A stretch of DNA of 60,291 bases, the filler included, from Sluysia triapertura (taxonomy: Eukaryota), in NCBI GenBank assembly GCA_046118255.1. It is 5 parts of 5 records of this genome, joined end to end, with 100 filler letters (N's around TTAATTAATTAA, not from the genome) between each part and the next. Parts side by side here need not be neighbours in the genome. Positions count along the whole stretch, not along the records: positions 23,458 to 36,241 come from JBJNIA010082145.1; positions 36,342 to 48,152 come from JBJNIA010168703.1; 3 more parts are not named here. One strand, 5' to 3'. This document shows, piece after piece, positions 27,824 to 41,314 of the stretch. Both the position numbers and the translations under genes were made by a program. Numbering within the stretch: position 1 is the stretch's first letter; every line of letters begins with the position of its first letter. The notes below the pieces were generated by a model that saw only the letters and a list, made by a program, of their open reading frames with translations, made no database searches and had not been told where the DNA came from.

Positions 27824-29426
27824 ATATAAAATATATAAATTTTACAATTATTAATCCTTTTGTATGAAAAAAGTTTGCCGTTAGATAAAACTTATATTTT
27901 TGTAATATTTTTAAATGTGATAATTGTAATATAATTATAGAATAAATTGTTGTATAGGTTCAAAGGTTTAAAAAATGATATTTCACATAATTTTTATTTC
28001 AATCAAAATACTATTTTTAAATTTTCAAAGGTTATATACTAGATCTAAAAAGTGGAGCTCTTAAAAATAGAGCTAAATTATTTTTATTTTTACTATTATT
28101 ATTCAGTAAAAATTTATACAATATATACATTATATTATGATATATTAATAAACTATTTTGAACCTTAATAATTAGATGTGCCTTGGGTAAAATTATTTGA
28201 AGATTTATAATTAAAAATGGGCATCTTTCATTTTTATATAAAAATTTTACATTTTTATTATTATTGATTTTAAATTTTATGGATGAATATATTTTAATAA
28301 TTATTCAACTTTAACTTAAGTGTTTCAAAGATAAGACATCAAAATTTTCGTACTTTTCATAAACTTTGACTAAAATAAGAAATTGGCTTTTAAAAGCTTT
28401 GTAACATTTCGACATATTTAAAGTTTTATTTTGAAAAAAACAAAAATTAACAAAACGTTTATATTTCATAGTACAAATTTTTATTACGATTTGATTTATA
28501 TTTGATTTTCAATATTTTTAATTGGCCATTTTGATCACAAAAATTCATTTTATTCTATCATTGTTAATTTATCATTTTTGTATTTATTTTTTTCGTGTTT
28601 TTAAATGATATATAGTTTTACATTATTTTTATTTTGCTACATATCTATAATTATTTATAATAATGCTATTTTATTTTATTTTTTTTATTTTACTGCCAAT
28701 TAATAATCTTACGATCTGCTTACAGTGTACGATTTATATCTGATCTAAGACGTAGACAAATTGCTAGAATTCCTCTATATTTTGTCAATAATCGTCCTAG
28801 AATGAACTTTCTTTTGAGGGTCTCTTATTTTTTCTCCTTAGACATTTTTAGTAACTTATGAATATTCTATAAACTAAATCAATTATTGTATTGACTGTTA
28901 ATAATTTTAAAATTTTAATACGTAAATAAGGTATATATGCACGAAAATCAAACAATAATGACCTTCCGCAAAAATAATAATTATAATAATGATAATAATT
29001 TAAAAATATTAACACTTCTAATAGTAAATATTGGATATTGAGAATGAGAACAATATGGAAAATATAGTGATTTTTAGTAGATTTTGAATCTTACTTGCAA
29101 AAATAAACTTTAATGATATAGCTTCGATATTTTTAATGATCTGACTTCGAAGATTCGAATAAATGTTTTTATTATTTTTACAAACTTTCTAAATCTTTCT
29201 TGTAATTTCTAACTTTTTTCATGTTTTTGTAAACTAAATCTATTTTATACAGGCATATTTTGACCAATGAGATTTTTATATAAGCAATACTCTCTTTTCT
29301 AACCTATCCCATGTTCCTGATCACATCAAACGTCAACTTACTGTTTTCGTACAATGATTGCTACTTTCTTATTTATGTTAAAACACTGTTTGATAAAATC
29401 GAGACTTATTCTGATATGCATAAGGA

Positions 29427-29584
29427 TGTTGGGGTAAAAGGCCTAAAAAGTGCCAAGTATTATAATTGAATATATTAAAAATGAAATTGTTAGATGGGGC
29501 TGATAGCTCAGTGGTAGAGCATCGACTGCGCAGACGATTGTCCCAGGTTCGATCCCCGGTCAGTCCATTTTACGAAGTCTAACA
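29427..29584 (+). mobile_element. Short TG...CA solo-LTR-like element carrying a tRNA-like cassette (copy 1)
   Basis: TGTTGGGG..GGCCTAAAAAGTGCCA..TATAATTGAATATA..[tRNA-like]..GAAGTCTAACA; the same framework occurs at 49878-50008. Confidence 0.7.
29497..29567 (+). tRNA. tRNA-derived sequence or pseudo-tRNA (non-canonical anticodon arm)
   Basis: Acceptor stem GGGCTGA/TCAGTCC, D arm GCTC-AGTGGTA-GAGC (A box), T arm CCAGG-TTCGATC-CCCGG (B box), TTTT terminator. The anticodon arm does not form a 5-bp stem with a 7-nt loop. Confidence 0.7.
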
Positions 29585-30379
29585 AATTACATCAAAACAA
29601 TTGTTGATTCTTATAAGGTTTTAAGAAATTTAACATCTAATCACAAACTTCTTCGTTGTGATAATTGCTTTTGATTTAAGAATGCAAATAAAGCATAATA
29701 TAATTTGTAATAATTATATAAAGCACAATATAATTATTTTAATTGTTTATGTTTTTATTAAGATATCTTAAATTTCTAATAAGTTAGTGTACATAAGATT
29801 TAACGATTATACTTACGTTATCATTGTACAATCTTGATAATGTTTTTCGACTTAGTATGATGGATCAACCCATAGTCTTATCAAACATAAAACATAATAC
29901 AACTTATCTCAAAGTCGTAACTAGGCAAGTTCAACAGGTGAACCCATGCTTGAGGGGGTTTCCTTTAGTGAGTCGACGAATGAATACATGTTTTCCCGCC
30001 AAAAATTTAAGTATTGATAGAAAATCTCCTACTCAAAATGAAATATAAAATAAATCAAAGATCCCAAAAAGGATTTTGATTTTAATATTTAAATTTTTCG
30101 CTTTATAATTTCTTTGTGTATAATAACTTGAATTTTGTTAATTTTTACTCATTGTGATATTTTAAGTTTAAGGACCTCTAAACATGTTAAACGTAATATT
30201 TTTAAGATTTTCAACTTATTAGTTACACAAACGCCAACTACTAGTTGTAAGACGTTTACTCTAACCGTACCCTGCTCAATTTTTATTTTGCCGTAGGTTT
30301 AGCTTTAAGAAAACCACAGCTTAAGAAACGTAGCTGTAATTTATGAATTCAAATCTAACATATAAAACAGATGTCATTA

Positions 30380-31260
30380 TCCAAACCTAGCTGCACAAAT
30401 ATTATGGTAAGTTTTGCTTAAAATGTACGTTTCATTGTTTCTTATCTGAACTTGTGGTACAAATTATCTTGTGCTAGTTTACATCTTGAAATTATAAACA
30501 TAATCCTTGAATGCTATAGCAACGAGGGCATTGTCTTCAAATGACTTAGTACCAATTAAATATGGCGTTAAGTTCCTACTTCATAACTTAAGTGAACCTA
30601 TTTCGTAATGTCTTTTAAATCTGATTTGTTAACTTTAGACGGAATTTCAACACTTTATATCCTAAATCTATCACTTTTTCCTTTCGTTCCACCAATATAT
30701 AGAAATCACATGTTTTTGTTATCACTGGCTACATAATAAGTTGCCTTGGATTCAAATAAAGGTTATTATATCATCTGGATTATCCACAATTTAAGACAGA
30801 ATACATTAGAAACATTAAGTAGATAAAGTGCATTAAAATATTTATGGTGGTTTTTTAAATAAGTTTAGTATATTAAATATATTTAAGTATATATTAATTC
30901 CAATTCAAATAACGCAATTAAATGTGCAAATATTGTAAAAAATTAAACAAACTCGAAGAGATTCAAATAGTTTTGTATAGCCATTACTTTGGTGATAACT
31001 GGCTCATCATTGGTAAGATCAGGATCATTTGGATATGGTTTCTATTTAATAAAAAAAATTAAATTATGTACAATTACTTCAAATGCATTATCCGATTTAC
31101 CAATTTTAATTATTTCGTCACGCTTTTTTGGACATAAAAATGTTGCAAATGATATAAAATCTTTCCACGATGCATCATTTAATGGAAAATCACCAATATT
31201 AATAAGAAATTGTCCTTCACCATATTCAAATGGTCCAGAAAATCGTTCACATTTTCTCAT
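30380..31260 (-). pseudogene. Decayed intronless gene of unknown family (copy 2)
   Basis: 72-aa ORF 31042-31260 reads on through stops and frameshifts: ..LTNDEPVITK..YLNLFEF..LWI..LTPY..FVPQVQIRNNETYILSKTYHNIC. Confidence 0.45.
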
Positions 31261-34200
31261 ATTGAATAATCAAATAATTAATTTGTGCTTTAATAAAATA
31301 TTGGTTGTGAGAAAGTTTGTACTTTAATAATATATAAAAAAACAAATTATTGATTATTATATGGATTATGATTTGAAAAATAAATACAATGAATTTGTAA
31401 ATAAAAGTAAATTAATTTTAAGTATTTTATTAATATATTGTTATTTTTTGATAAGTTAAAAGCATACTATTATGGGATTCTTTATCTGACACTTGTTTTG
31501 TTATGATCTTAGTTGTATCTTATCATTTAATTTTAATAAATGCCTCTTTAATTAGTGCAATTGGATTTACTGGAATTATTGTTTGGACATATGATTATAT
31601 TAATATTAAGTTAGTTAATGAATTTTTATTATTTTTCAATTACTGATTTAAATATCTATTGAAAATATTAATAACTTTATATTTCTTATCAATGAGAGAT
31701 ATTTAGGGGAATTAAAAATTGATTATTTGCTTTTACTTGAATTAAAATGATATAATTTAAAGTCTGTGACAAAATATCACAAATGCGTGATGAAAATAAG
31801 GATTTATAAGTTTATTTCCTAAACATTCATGGTAGAATTAGTTCAATTCAATAAAAAATGTGAGATAATTCGAAATATGTTATCAAATATTTCAATGGCA
31901 TTTTCCAAGCCTGCAACTCTTAAAAATAAAATAAAATGATGTATCGCTTTCATCATTTAAATTTTGACAAGAAACAGTTAAATGTTGCGTAATTTAATAG
32001 AAAGAATTATTAACAATAAGTTATTACTTTTAGATATAATAAGCATTTATGATTATTTCATGTCTATTTTTAGGTTGATATTGAGGTGGCTTTCTCCATA
32101 ACTCACAACCTTATTCTCAAAATCACAACACTTGCTAAAACTTTTAAACAGAGATCATAAGTCTTTTAATTTTCCACTCTACCGCTTACATATTTTATTG
32201 CATATTCTAAAGCATCCTTGCAACTCTTAGGTAAACTAATTTATAGACAAACCCATGTTAACTCTATTTATAATATTTTACAACTATTATTATATAAAAA
32301 CAATTTTAGTGAAACGCGATCAAACAATACAATATCACAATTTGAATCTTTTATTAAGTACCCAAAAATAAAAATAAATACTAAAAATGTTTTTAACTGC
32401 TTCACTCATTTTTAGTTATGTTTAATAAAAAACCTTTTCGTTTTGAGTAATATAATTTAGTTTAGAGATTGTTATTGCATTTGTAGATGAGAAATAGATA
32501 ATTAGAATTCATAGGAGGCGACTCTGGCCTACATTTACAACTACAAAGTATCGACTAAGAATATTATCAAATAAATTTCATTAAAAATATAAAATTAAAT
32601 ATGCGAAATGTTTCGATTACTTTTCGTATTAATATCGTAGTAGTGCTTTGAAATATTTTTAATACATTTCAGATCAAGTCAAGTTAGCATACTAATCGAA
32701 TTGTATAATTTCTTGAAAACTATACTTCGAAGCAGTTTCATTAAAGAATTATTCCAAAAAGGTAGTAAAATATTATTCGCTCACCATTATACTGATTCGT
32801 TAACCGTTAGTTATTTCACTTATGAAAATATATCGCTTTTATTAAACATATAAACGAAAATACATGGATATTTTTCATTGATTAATTTCATCATATAATA
32901 AAACACAATGAATTAAGAATAGAATTATTTCATGCATTCAGTTAGATATTAGTGTGTCATAAACATTAGTTTATAACTGATTCATAGCTAATCACAAATT
33001 AATGGGTGTGTTTGTTCTGATTTTGGCCAATAGCAATGTACAAGAAAACTTACATTTTAATAAGTCTAGTCGCTATGTATCAATAACTGGTTGCATTGAA
33101 ATTCAAAATGCAAAAATTATGCATTATAATCCTGATTTGTCTAGAAAACTAGATTTTCCATTTGAAAAGCTCATTACACAATTTAATGAAAACAATGAAA
33201 TCAATATCAGATCTAACGATTCAAATGCTAAACATCAATAAGATTTATGATCCCGTAATTGTTTATTTCTCAAAAATATGATTTACACTTTTTTCTCTTA
33301 GTTATTGGAATTCTATTGGCAAGTGCTCATGAAAAGTATGTTGTGTACTTGACAAACGTATTTAATGAATAACATTGGAATTATCACAATTTCACTATCA
33401 CTGTCATAAAAACACTTCAAATAGTAAAATTTAGTCTATGTTGAGTTAGAGTTTGGAATGAGAAGTGAAACAAATTCGTCCTAATTCATCCTAGTTTTGA
33501 GATTGAAATAAATCTTAACCGAAACTCGAAGCTAGCTTACATTACATGAAATTAATAAAAGACGACCTATAAAATGATCTAGTAAATAGTAGAGGTTTCT
33601 TAAATTTAACATTTTTGAAGTTATAAAACTTAGTTAATTAATTGGTAATGAAGTGATTAAAATTAAAAACTCTTGAGATTTACAATCATGTATAAACAAA
33701 ATTCTATATCAATATTACCTTAAATCATACGAAGAATCTCTTCACGAATATATATAATGTTTAAAACATTAGAATTCAGTGAATCAGTCTTAAGAAAATC
33801 TTAAGTAATATAATTGATACTCTTTCATTTTAAATAAATCCACTCGGTTTAACTTCTCATTCGAAAGATCAACATACTATATTGCGTTGAGCATAGTTTC
33901 AAAATGTATTCTCATAAAAAACGGTCAACAATATCAATTACATAACATGAAAAACCTTGAATTTTTTGTCGGGCCATTGTATCGAACACTCGAATTCGAC
34001 TATTGGATAAATTCAGACTTCTGATTGAGTACTAATCGAGGATATTGAAACTTTGATAATTAAATACAATATAAATTAAAATTAATTAAAAAATTTGGCA
34101 AATTGCTTATTAAATATTTTTAATATTTTTAGACTAATTGTCATACGCCATAGAATAAGTATTAGTTTTATTTGCATTTCCATCTCAAACATCAAAGACG

Positions 34201-34509
34201 ATTTTATAGATAGACTGTTAGATAAAGTAATTAAGCCATTTATTAGAAACAAATAAGAATAATTTTAAAGAATTAGAAATAAACGTGTTATAAAGTTTAC
34301 GAATAAAAGACATTAATTAGCAAGCATAGACCAAGTTTGGAGTTTGTAAATCTAATTTTAATTTAAAATAATAACTCATAAGAATTTTAAAATGATTTAA
34401 AATTAATAAATGTTACAATAAATATATTTATTTAGGCAATCATATGGTTATACATTGTTGGCAGTCATTTTGAAAATTTTGGTTTGTGGCTTTCATTAAT
34501 GGGTATGTT

Positions 34510-35040
34510 TTATTTATTATTATTACTAAATAATATATTAATTTATATTGCGCTCATATCTACTGCAAAGTAAGTACTCAAAAACGCTTAAAATGAATCA
34601 TTCACTATAATATTTCTGAAACATAAAGAACTTTGCCTTTTTCTTAAATATTTCATAATCTTCCAGTAATTTGATATTCTCTGGTAACTGGTTATATATT
34701 TCGAAACATAAACGATATACAACCTATCACCTAGCTTGTTATCACTTTGGATTCTGTACAGATTATTATGCCTTAATGAAATAGGCATTGATTTCCAATT
34801 TTTTCATTATTTCTAAAAGATATACAGGACTTCCGTAATGTAAGCATTTGTAAATTATTGTCATGATTTTGAATTCAATTCTTGCTTTTATTGGCAACCA
34901 ATGTAATTCCTTAAGATATGGTGTTATATGAGATCGTCTTCCCACTTGGAGAATTAGTCTTCCTGCTTGATTAATTATTAATTGCAATTTTTTCACTTTT
35001 CTATATGAAATTGAGTACAATAAACCATTTTAAGATCTAA
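34510..35040 (-). mobile_element. L2/CR1-group LINE 3' end remnant
   Basis: LQLIINQAGRLI..RRSHITPYLKELHWLPIKARIEFKIMTIIYKCLH..P.YL is the typical ORF2 C-terminal region. The 3' end GAGTACTTACTTTGCAG..GAGCGCAATATAAA is followed by an AT-rich tail. Other copies at ~48.4 and ~58.4 kb. Confidence 0.9.
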
Positions 35041-36241
35041 GTTGCTAATTATCAATAAATGAATTGTAGATTTTATCGTCAATAAAACGTAATAGCTGTT
35101 TGAATACTGTTTTACTGTTCGAATACTGTTTTAATCATCACTTATTAAATATAAAATTTAAATTTACATAATAATTTAACCAGAAGTTTTAATTAAAAAT
35201 CTAAAAATATATATTAGTTTGAAAGGAATTATTTGGAAAACATTAAAGACAAATTTCGTGATTATTCGACAGTTAACATAAAACTTTAGTAAAATTGATT
35301 TTGTAAGTGTGAATCATATGTTTGATGAAAATATTCTAGTTGACATAAAATATAATAAAGATAGCAAACATATTCAACAAATGCTTCAACTGACATCATA
35401 TCTGTTTTTATGATTGGATCTTTTTCAAGTGCTGATCAAATTTGAGTATTTAATATAAATTACATTTTAAATTATGTAGTCATCGGATCAGATTATTGCT
35501 TCATTTAGCGTAGATCATTACTGTCAATTCAAAGTTCCTGCATATTTACTACAAAATTGACGTTAAAAAACATTAAAAACATTTTATTGTATAAAATTAA
35601 TTTATATATATAAAATTAATATAATAGTAATAATTATTATCACATTAAAATTTTCAATAAATTTCCAACTTACGGAAACGTGTTAATTTGCTATTGCAGA
35701 TTTTATGGTACATAATTATTACCAAAATTAGTAATGGACACAATACGTTTTGCAGTTTAATTCCACAAATTATGTCCAATACTACGAATCTATATGCTGC
35801 AGTATTCTCATGATAATTTCAATTTTAGACATTTTAGTCATCACAATATGAGGTCTCATTTGTTTAACATGGAAGCAAATATAAAAAATGTTGAAGTGAT
35901 ACCATGCTCATTATGGCAAATGTTGATGACAAGACGTAAACTTCATGATAATGTACGTTATGCGATAAAAATGCTATTTTTTACAAAACTTTAAAATTGG
36001 AGCGAAATAGATATGCTGATATTGAAATTGAGCGAAGTAGACAATTAGATATTACAAAACTTATGAGCGACTCGATTTTAGATTTTTTAACTACACTGTT
36101 GCTGTTTTCATTCAAAAAAATAGTATTTAAATTAAGAAGATATTAATTTAATTAACTGCAAAAATAAATCAATTATTTATGTATTCACTATATTCAAATA
36201 TTAATTATCAACAATTTTCTTACTTACTAATGATAATAATT

Positions 36242-36341
36242 NNNNNNNNNNNNNNNNNNNNNNNNNNNNNNNNNNNNNNNNNNNNTTAATTAATTAANNN
36301 NNNNNNNNNNNNNNNNNNNNNNNNNNNNNNNNNNNNNNNNN
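36242..36341. other. Artificial contig spacer N44-TTAATTAATTAA-N44
   Basis: Same linker as the other gaps. Confidence 0.97.
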
Positions 36342-36415
36342 AATAACGTTCAACTTATCATATTATTCCAAGTTTTGACCCTTATATCAACCCTTATCCT
36401 TCACTAATCCCAACA
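36342..36415 (-). repeat. Terminus of an LTR-like repeat (TGTTGGGATTAGTGAAGG...), cut by the gap
   Basis: Reverse complement matches the sequence from 50844 (CGTTGGGATTAGTGAAGGATAAAGGTAGATATAAGGGTCA). Confidence 0.7.
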
Positions 36416-39337
36416 ATAATAAGCAAAGAAAATAGTAATAAAGAAAGTAATATTAAATATTTAAAGATACGGTTCTTTAAATATGGATTAATTGACTTTA
36501 ATGATGATTTTACGGCCTTTTAAACTGCCGAGGAAATAAATGGAGCGAAGGTTGTTATAATAAAATTAACGATAAATAATTAATAAAATATCTGCGGAAG
36601 ATTGTTTAATATTAGCCGATTTTGTATATAAATTGATGTCGTTAGACATCTTCTGATTTTATTTCTTTCTGTAATTTGTGTATGCTTCACCTGCCAAGCT
36701 CTATGTTCGACAACTTTTTAAATCGAATACTTTTTAGAAGCGTCTTTATTTCGAAAATTGTTTCATTTATATATCATTTGTGGATGACGGGTGTTCAACT
36801 TTCTTAATTATTTTAAAATCCTTGTTATTTAAAAATTTTAACATTTCTGAAATTAAAATTAAATTATTTAAGTTTTACTTAATTTATTTTTATGTAGGTA
36901 TTAATTTCTATTATATTCTTTATTTGATTGAAAATTTTATTTTCTACTGACATTATTATTAATACTTTGTCGTGAATCACTCATCGATAGTTTCAGTTTC
37001 AGCTTCATTTTTGAGTTATGACGCAAGTTGTAGATGTATCTGGTGAATGTGTGCATAATCGTTAAAGTCAGTTTCTTTAGGAAATTTTTTTCATTTATAC
37101 CTATAAGAATTTACAAATTTAATATTTTATAAACGCTTTTTCTACATTTCAAATAGTCTGTCTCATATAAGTCGATTTCAAAGATAAAACGACTTTTTTA
37201 AGCCAAAAAATTGTTTAATAACAAACTGAAAATCTTATTACATTAAATTTTGTAATTGCACATTACTTACAGAATTAAAATTGTCAGTTAATTCATTGTG
37301 CTTAATCAGCACTAAAAATAATGCATTTTTAATTAATTCCGAATTACTTCGTCAAATTTGAGTGCCAAAATCCAGTTAGTCAATTAAAAGGCGGAATTAC
37401 GATTAAGTAAAAATAAACAGCATAAATAAATTAAATGATTTTCGATAAAAAATTTTCTACGATATGTACCCCAATTATCGATATCAATATAAATAAAAAC
37501 AAAATTAAAATATATATGTATTCAATCAATAGCAAAAAACAGAGAAAACGTCAAAATTATAATAACAAATGTGATATAAAAATAATTTCTGATATAATTA
37601 ATAATAAAATATACAATTTTCAAAAAAATAACAAATAAAAAGGCACAAAATGTCAATATTATTCAGTGAGTATTGGAAGATGATTGGTGACAAGTTAAAA
37701 TGAGTATGTTTGGATTTGACTTATAAAAATCGTAATGAGATGTAGGGTCATATTTTAATGCAATGTTATATTATCTTTATTCATCAATTATAACAGATAT
37801 GATTTAATGCATGGCCTAAATAATAGATTCATCACACACACCACAACATACGTTCTTCAGCAAATAACGGAAACCGAATATAAATATTTTAAGTTCATTT
37901 ATGTACAGAAAAAGATTTTCTTAATAAGCTTCTTTTGGATTTTTAATTCAACTTGGGAAGACTGATCCAAAAGCACTGTATTCATTTTGATTCATATCTA
38001 ACATTTCCTATATAAGTATTCTTATTTTCAGAAATAAAATCCATAAAACCCCATATCAATCTTTATCAAAAATGTTGAAAAACTTTTGATACAAAACTGA
38101 ATTTTCATCTATCTAAAATAATAGAAATGAATATTTTGTCATAATTAATTATTTAAATCAATTAATATGCTGAACATTTAATTAAAGATATTTATGAAAA
38201 AATGCTGAAAACAAAACATTAAAACAACTGATTATGTAAAATTCAAAATATAGAATAAAAAACTTGATATGTTTCATAAACAGAAAACCAGTCATCAAAT
38301 TTTATGCAAAGATCACTATTTAAAATTTTTGTCTATATCAACTAATATAATTTTATAAATATTAATTTTGGAATCAATGATAAAATTAGTACTCATTCAA
38401 GGTTGTTTAATACATTTTTATAAAAATAAAACTTTTGGTTAATAACATCACATTAAGTCAATGGTCATCAGAAAATTTCTTCGATAATGATATGTAATAA
38501 GGCCATAAAACAAAGTAACACAGAAATATTTAATTCAAGTAATAATTGTTAAAATAAGCAGATATTTCACTTCGAATTTAAAATTGTTTATATTATATTA
38601 AAGAAAAGCATTATTTCATTCTTTCATTTTGTCCCAATACCTGTTTAATTTAATACTTTGCAACAAATTATTCATAAATTGTCTGAATAACGCATTTTTC
38701 GTCGCTGTTAAAAAAAATAAAAAATATGAAAATTATTATTCAAATATTTTTTTATCAAATATTTATTTATACTTTATTTTAAAAAGTATATTTTTCAAAA
38801 AATAACAACTATATTAATAATATAAAAATATTGCGAGCGAAAAACGGCTCAAATCATTTATTAACTGCATACAGGAAACAGAAATTTAAATGAATTTCTC
38901 AATTTATTGTACCAATATCATTAAATTACATACAATTGAAACAATATTATAAAATAATCAGTAAAGCTTATAATAAATCCAGAGAATCAATAAATCGTTT
39001 ATGTTAATGCGAATTGATAATAACATCCGTTACCCACAAAAATATTAACTTAATTAGTATCGTCATTTATCGACAATATTATGAAAATTGTAATTAATGA
39101 TAAATAATAAATATAATAGTAATACTAATTTTATTATTGTGGCGCAATCACCACTATATTGTACCGCTAAAAATTTTATACGAAGTGGTAAATGTTGCTT
39201 TATAATTAAAGTCTAACATAACTATTAACTTATTAAACTTCTTAACATAATGATTAAACTGTAGAATTACAAAATAATATAAATTTTTAAAAATGTGTCC
39301 AAATAAACTAAACTAAAAATGAAAATGCTAAAACGAA

Positions 39338-39390
<53 letters not shown>

Positions 39391-39410
39391 TAATAATAAT
39401 AATAACAATA
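39338..39410. repeat. (AAT)n microsatellite; similar arrays at ~18930-18980, ~39817-39875, ~55150-55188
   Basis: Direct inspection. Confidence 0.95.
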
Positions 39411-39425
39411 TAAAGTTAAAATTGT

Positions 39426-39800
39426 TCAAGTATGACCACGATGAATACCAACTTTTTCAATGTTTTCATCGCGTAGCAATTCATATGTTGGATTTTCTAG
39501 AACATGGAAATAATCAAATTGTTCTGCTTTTTGCTTTTGATGATTTCCAAATCCAAGTTTATTATTCATTTTGTTACTGTTATTATTTACCATATCCTCA
39601 TCTTTGTCTAGCAACCGTTTCCATGAACGACCAAGACGATTCGTGTTAACCGTTTTGGTAACAGTATCAGAGTTTAGACTTCGTCGTTTTCGTTGATTGC
39701 GCAGCAACAACAGTACAAAAAGAATAACAATTATAAACATAAATAAAAACAAAACAAGGGTTACTGATAAAAAATATCTCGATTTTGTAAAACCGTTTCT
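39426..39800 (-). CDS. APP/APL-1-like gene, terminal exon: TM helix and cytoplasmic tail with ENPTY
   Basis: YFLSVTLVLFLFMFIIVILFVLLLL followed by basic RNQRKRR and ...HVLENPTYELL...GHT*. Acceptor TTAAG at ~39801 (exact site uncertain). Confidence 0.75.
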   Translation of the reverse strand, partial: RNGFTKSRYFLSVTLVLFLFMFIIVILFVLLLLRNQRKRRSLNSDTVTKTVNTNRLGRSWKRLLDKDEDMVNNNSNKMNNKLGFGNHQKQKAEQFDYFHVLENPTYELLRDENIEKVGIHRGHT

Positions 39801-39812
39801 CTTAATTTAAAA

Positions 39813-39877
<65 letters not shown>

Positions 39878-40173
39878 TTTATTAATAGACAATCCTAAAA
39901 TAAATTTTAGCTCATTGTTTTATATACAGGCACGTCACTGGGCAAAGTCATAATGTGGATGCAATTTTTCTTTTAAGATCATTTTAATTATAAAATAATA
40001 CATTAAGTTGGCTTATTGTTTGACATTTAAAGTTACATATAAGAAGTTATTGTAAACTCTAAAAAATATTAAAAACTGTTTTAGAAATTAATTTTGATGA
40101 AAATTAATAAATGCAATATTTATATCATGAATAAAAATTTATAATATTACTAATATAATAATAATAATAATAA

Positions 40174-40251
40174 TAACGGGATTAAGCTTTTGGTCAGGAT
40201 CATTTATACCTAAATTGTCGTGTACAGTTGGATAACCTTCACGCAAATCAT
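40174..40251 (-). CDS. APP-like gene, small juxtamembrane exon (donor uncertain: 40210 or ~40177)
   Basis: Acceptor TTTTTTCAG; phase 1 matches the upstream exon; reads (N)DLREGYPTVHDNL(GINDPDQKLNP). Confidence 0.5.
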
Positions 40252-41095
40252 CTGAAAAAACATAAAATACTACATGAAACAAATATATAAAAATATAATA
40301 TGAATCAAAATTTAACACTTATTTTCCATTCTCGAAATATTTGAAATTGCAAAGAAAATTGTAAACAAAAATATAAAACGTAACTAATCTAAATTCAAAT
40401 TCTAGAAATCTATAAAACACAATATGAATGTCAAATCCAATTAATTTCAACACACCAATAAAATAAGCACATGCGCACACACACACACAATAAATTCAGC
40501 AAATATGAGTATTGATTTTTTAAAGAAATATTCGTTTTTATTTACCATTTTTATAACCATAAAGGAATTATATGAAAAAATAAAATCAAATTATAAAAAT
40601 AAGTGAATATTAAAATTTATTTATAAAAGTAAATATTACTATATAAATTAGTGATTTAATTATTATTATTATTATTAAAAAGGAAATAATTATTTCAATT
40701 AAAGTTTTTTAATAAACATAATCAATATAATCATTAAATATTTTAATTCGAACTTATTTTATGTACCAATTGAAAATAAAACTGAACTATCTTAGTAAAT
40801 ACAAAGAGACATAATTAATAAGATAAAAGTGGAACACAGAACTAAGTGAATTCACCTGAATGTATAGATGAATTATAATATGACCAAACTAATATTACAG
40901 AAGAAAATTAATTAATACATGGATGAAATTGGCCATATAATTATAGAAAAGTTATATCTGCAGCATAATGTGTGAGAATTTTTCGCTAACATTTTATTAA
41001 CAATTGATAGTGTTAAAATATAAGTAGCTGTCGCTTACACCTTTATATAAAACTAGATAAACTTTGTAAAATGAATTAATATAAACAATACTCAC

Positions 41096-41237
41096 TCTTT
41101 GATCCCAGCGATGTTAAAATTTCATCAATATCTTCAAAGTTGTTATTTTCTTTGGCATATGTGTTCAAGTGATGCTTATTCAAATTCGGATTGTAATGTT
41201 TAATCTTCCCCATCACAAGGCGATGTAGACTGGGATT
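41096..41237 (-). CDS. APP-like gene, internal exon
   Basis: Acceptor TATTTCAG, donor GTGAGT. NPSLHRLVMGKIKHYNPNLNKHHLNTYAKENNNFEDIDEILTSLGSK. 77-nt intron to the previous exon, phase 0. Confidence 0.7.
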
Positions 41238-41314
41238 CTGAAATAACAAGGTTAGTTAATAAATTATTGATTTTCTAAATTTAAATTATAACTAATCAAC
41301 TAAAAATGATTAAC

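Noticed and set aside
29497-29567. Functional tRNA-Arg(GCG) or tRNA-Cys gene
   Set aside because: The anticodon arm is non-canonical, the T stem has a mismatch, and the sequence sits inside a repeat with a degenerate second copy.
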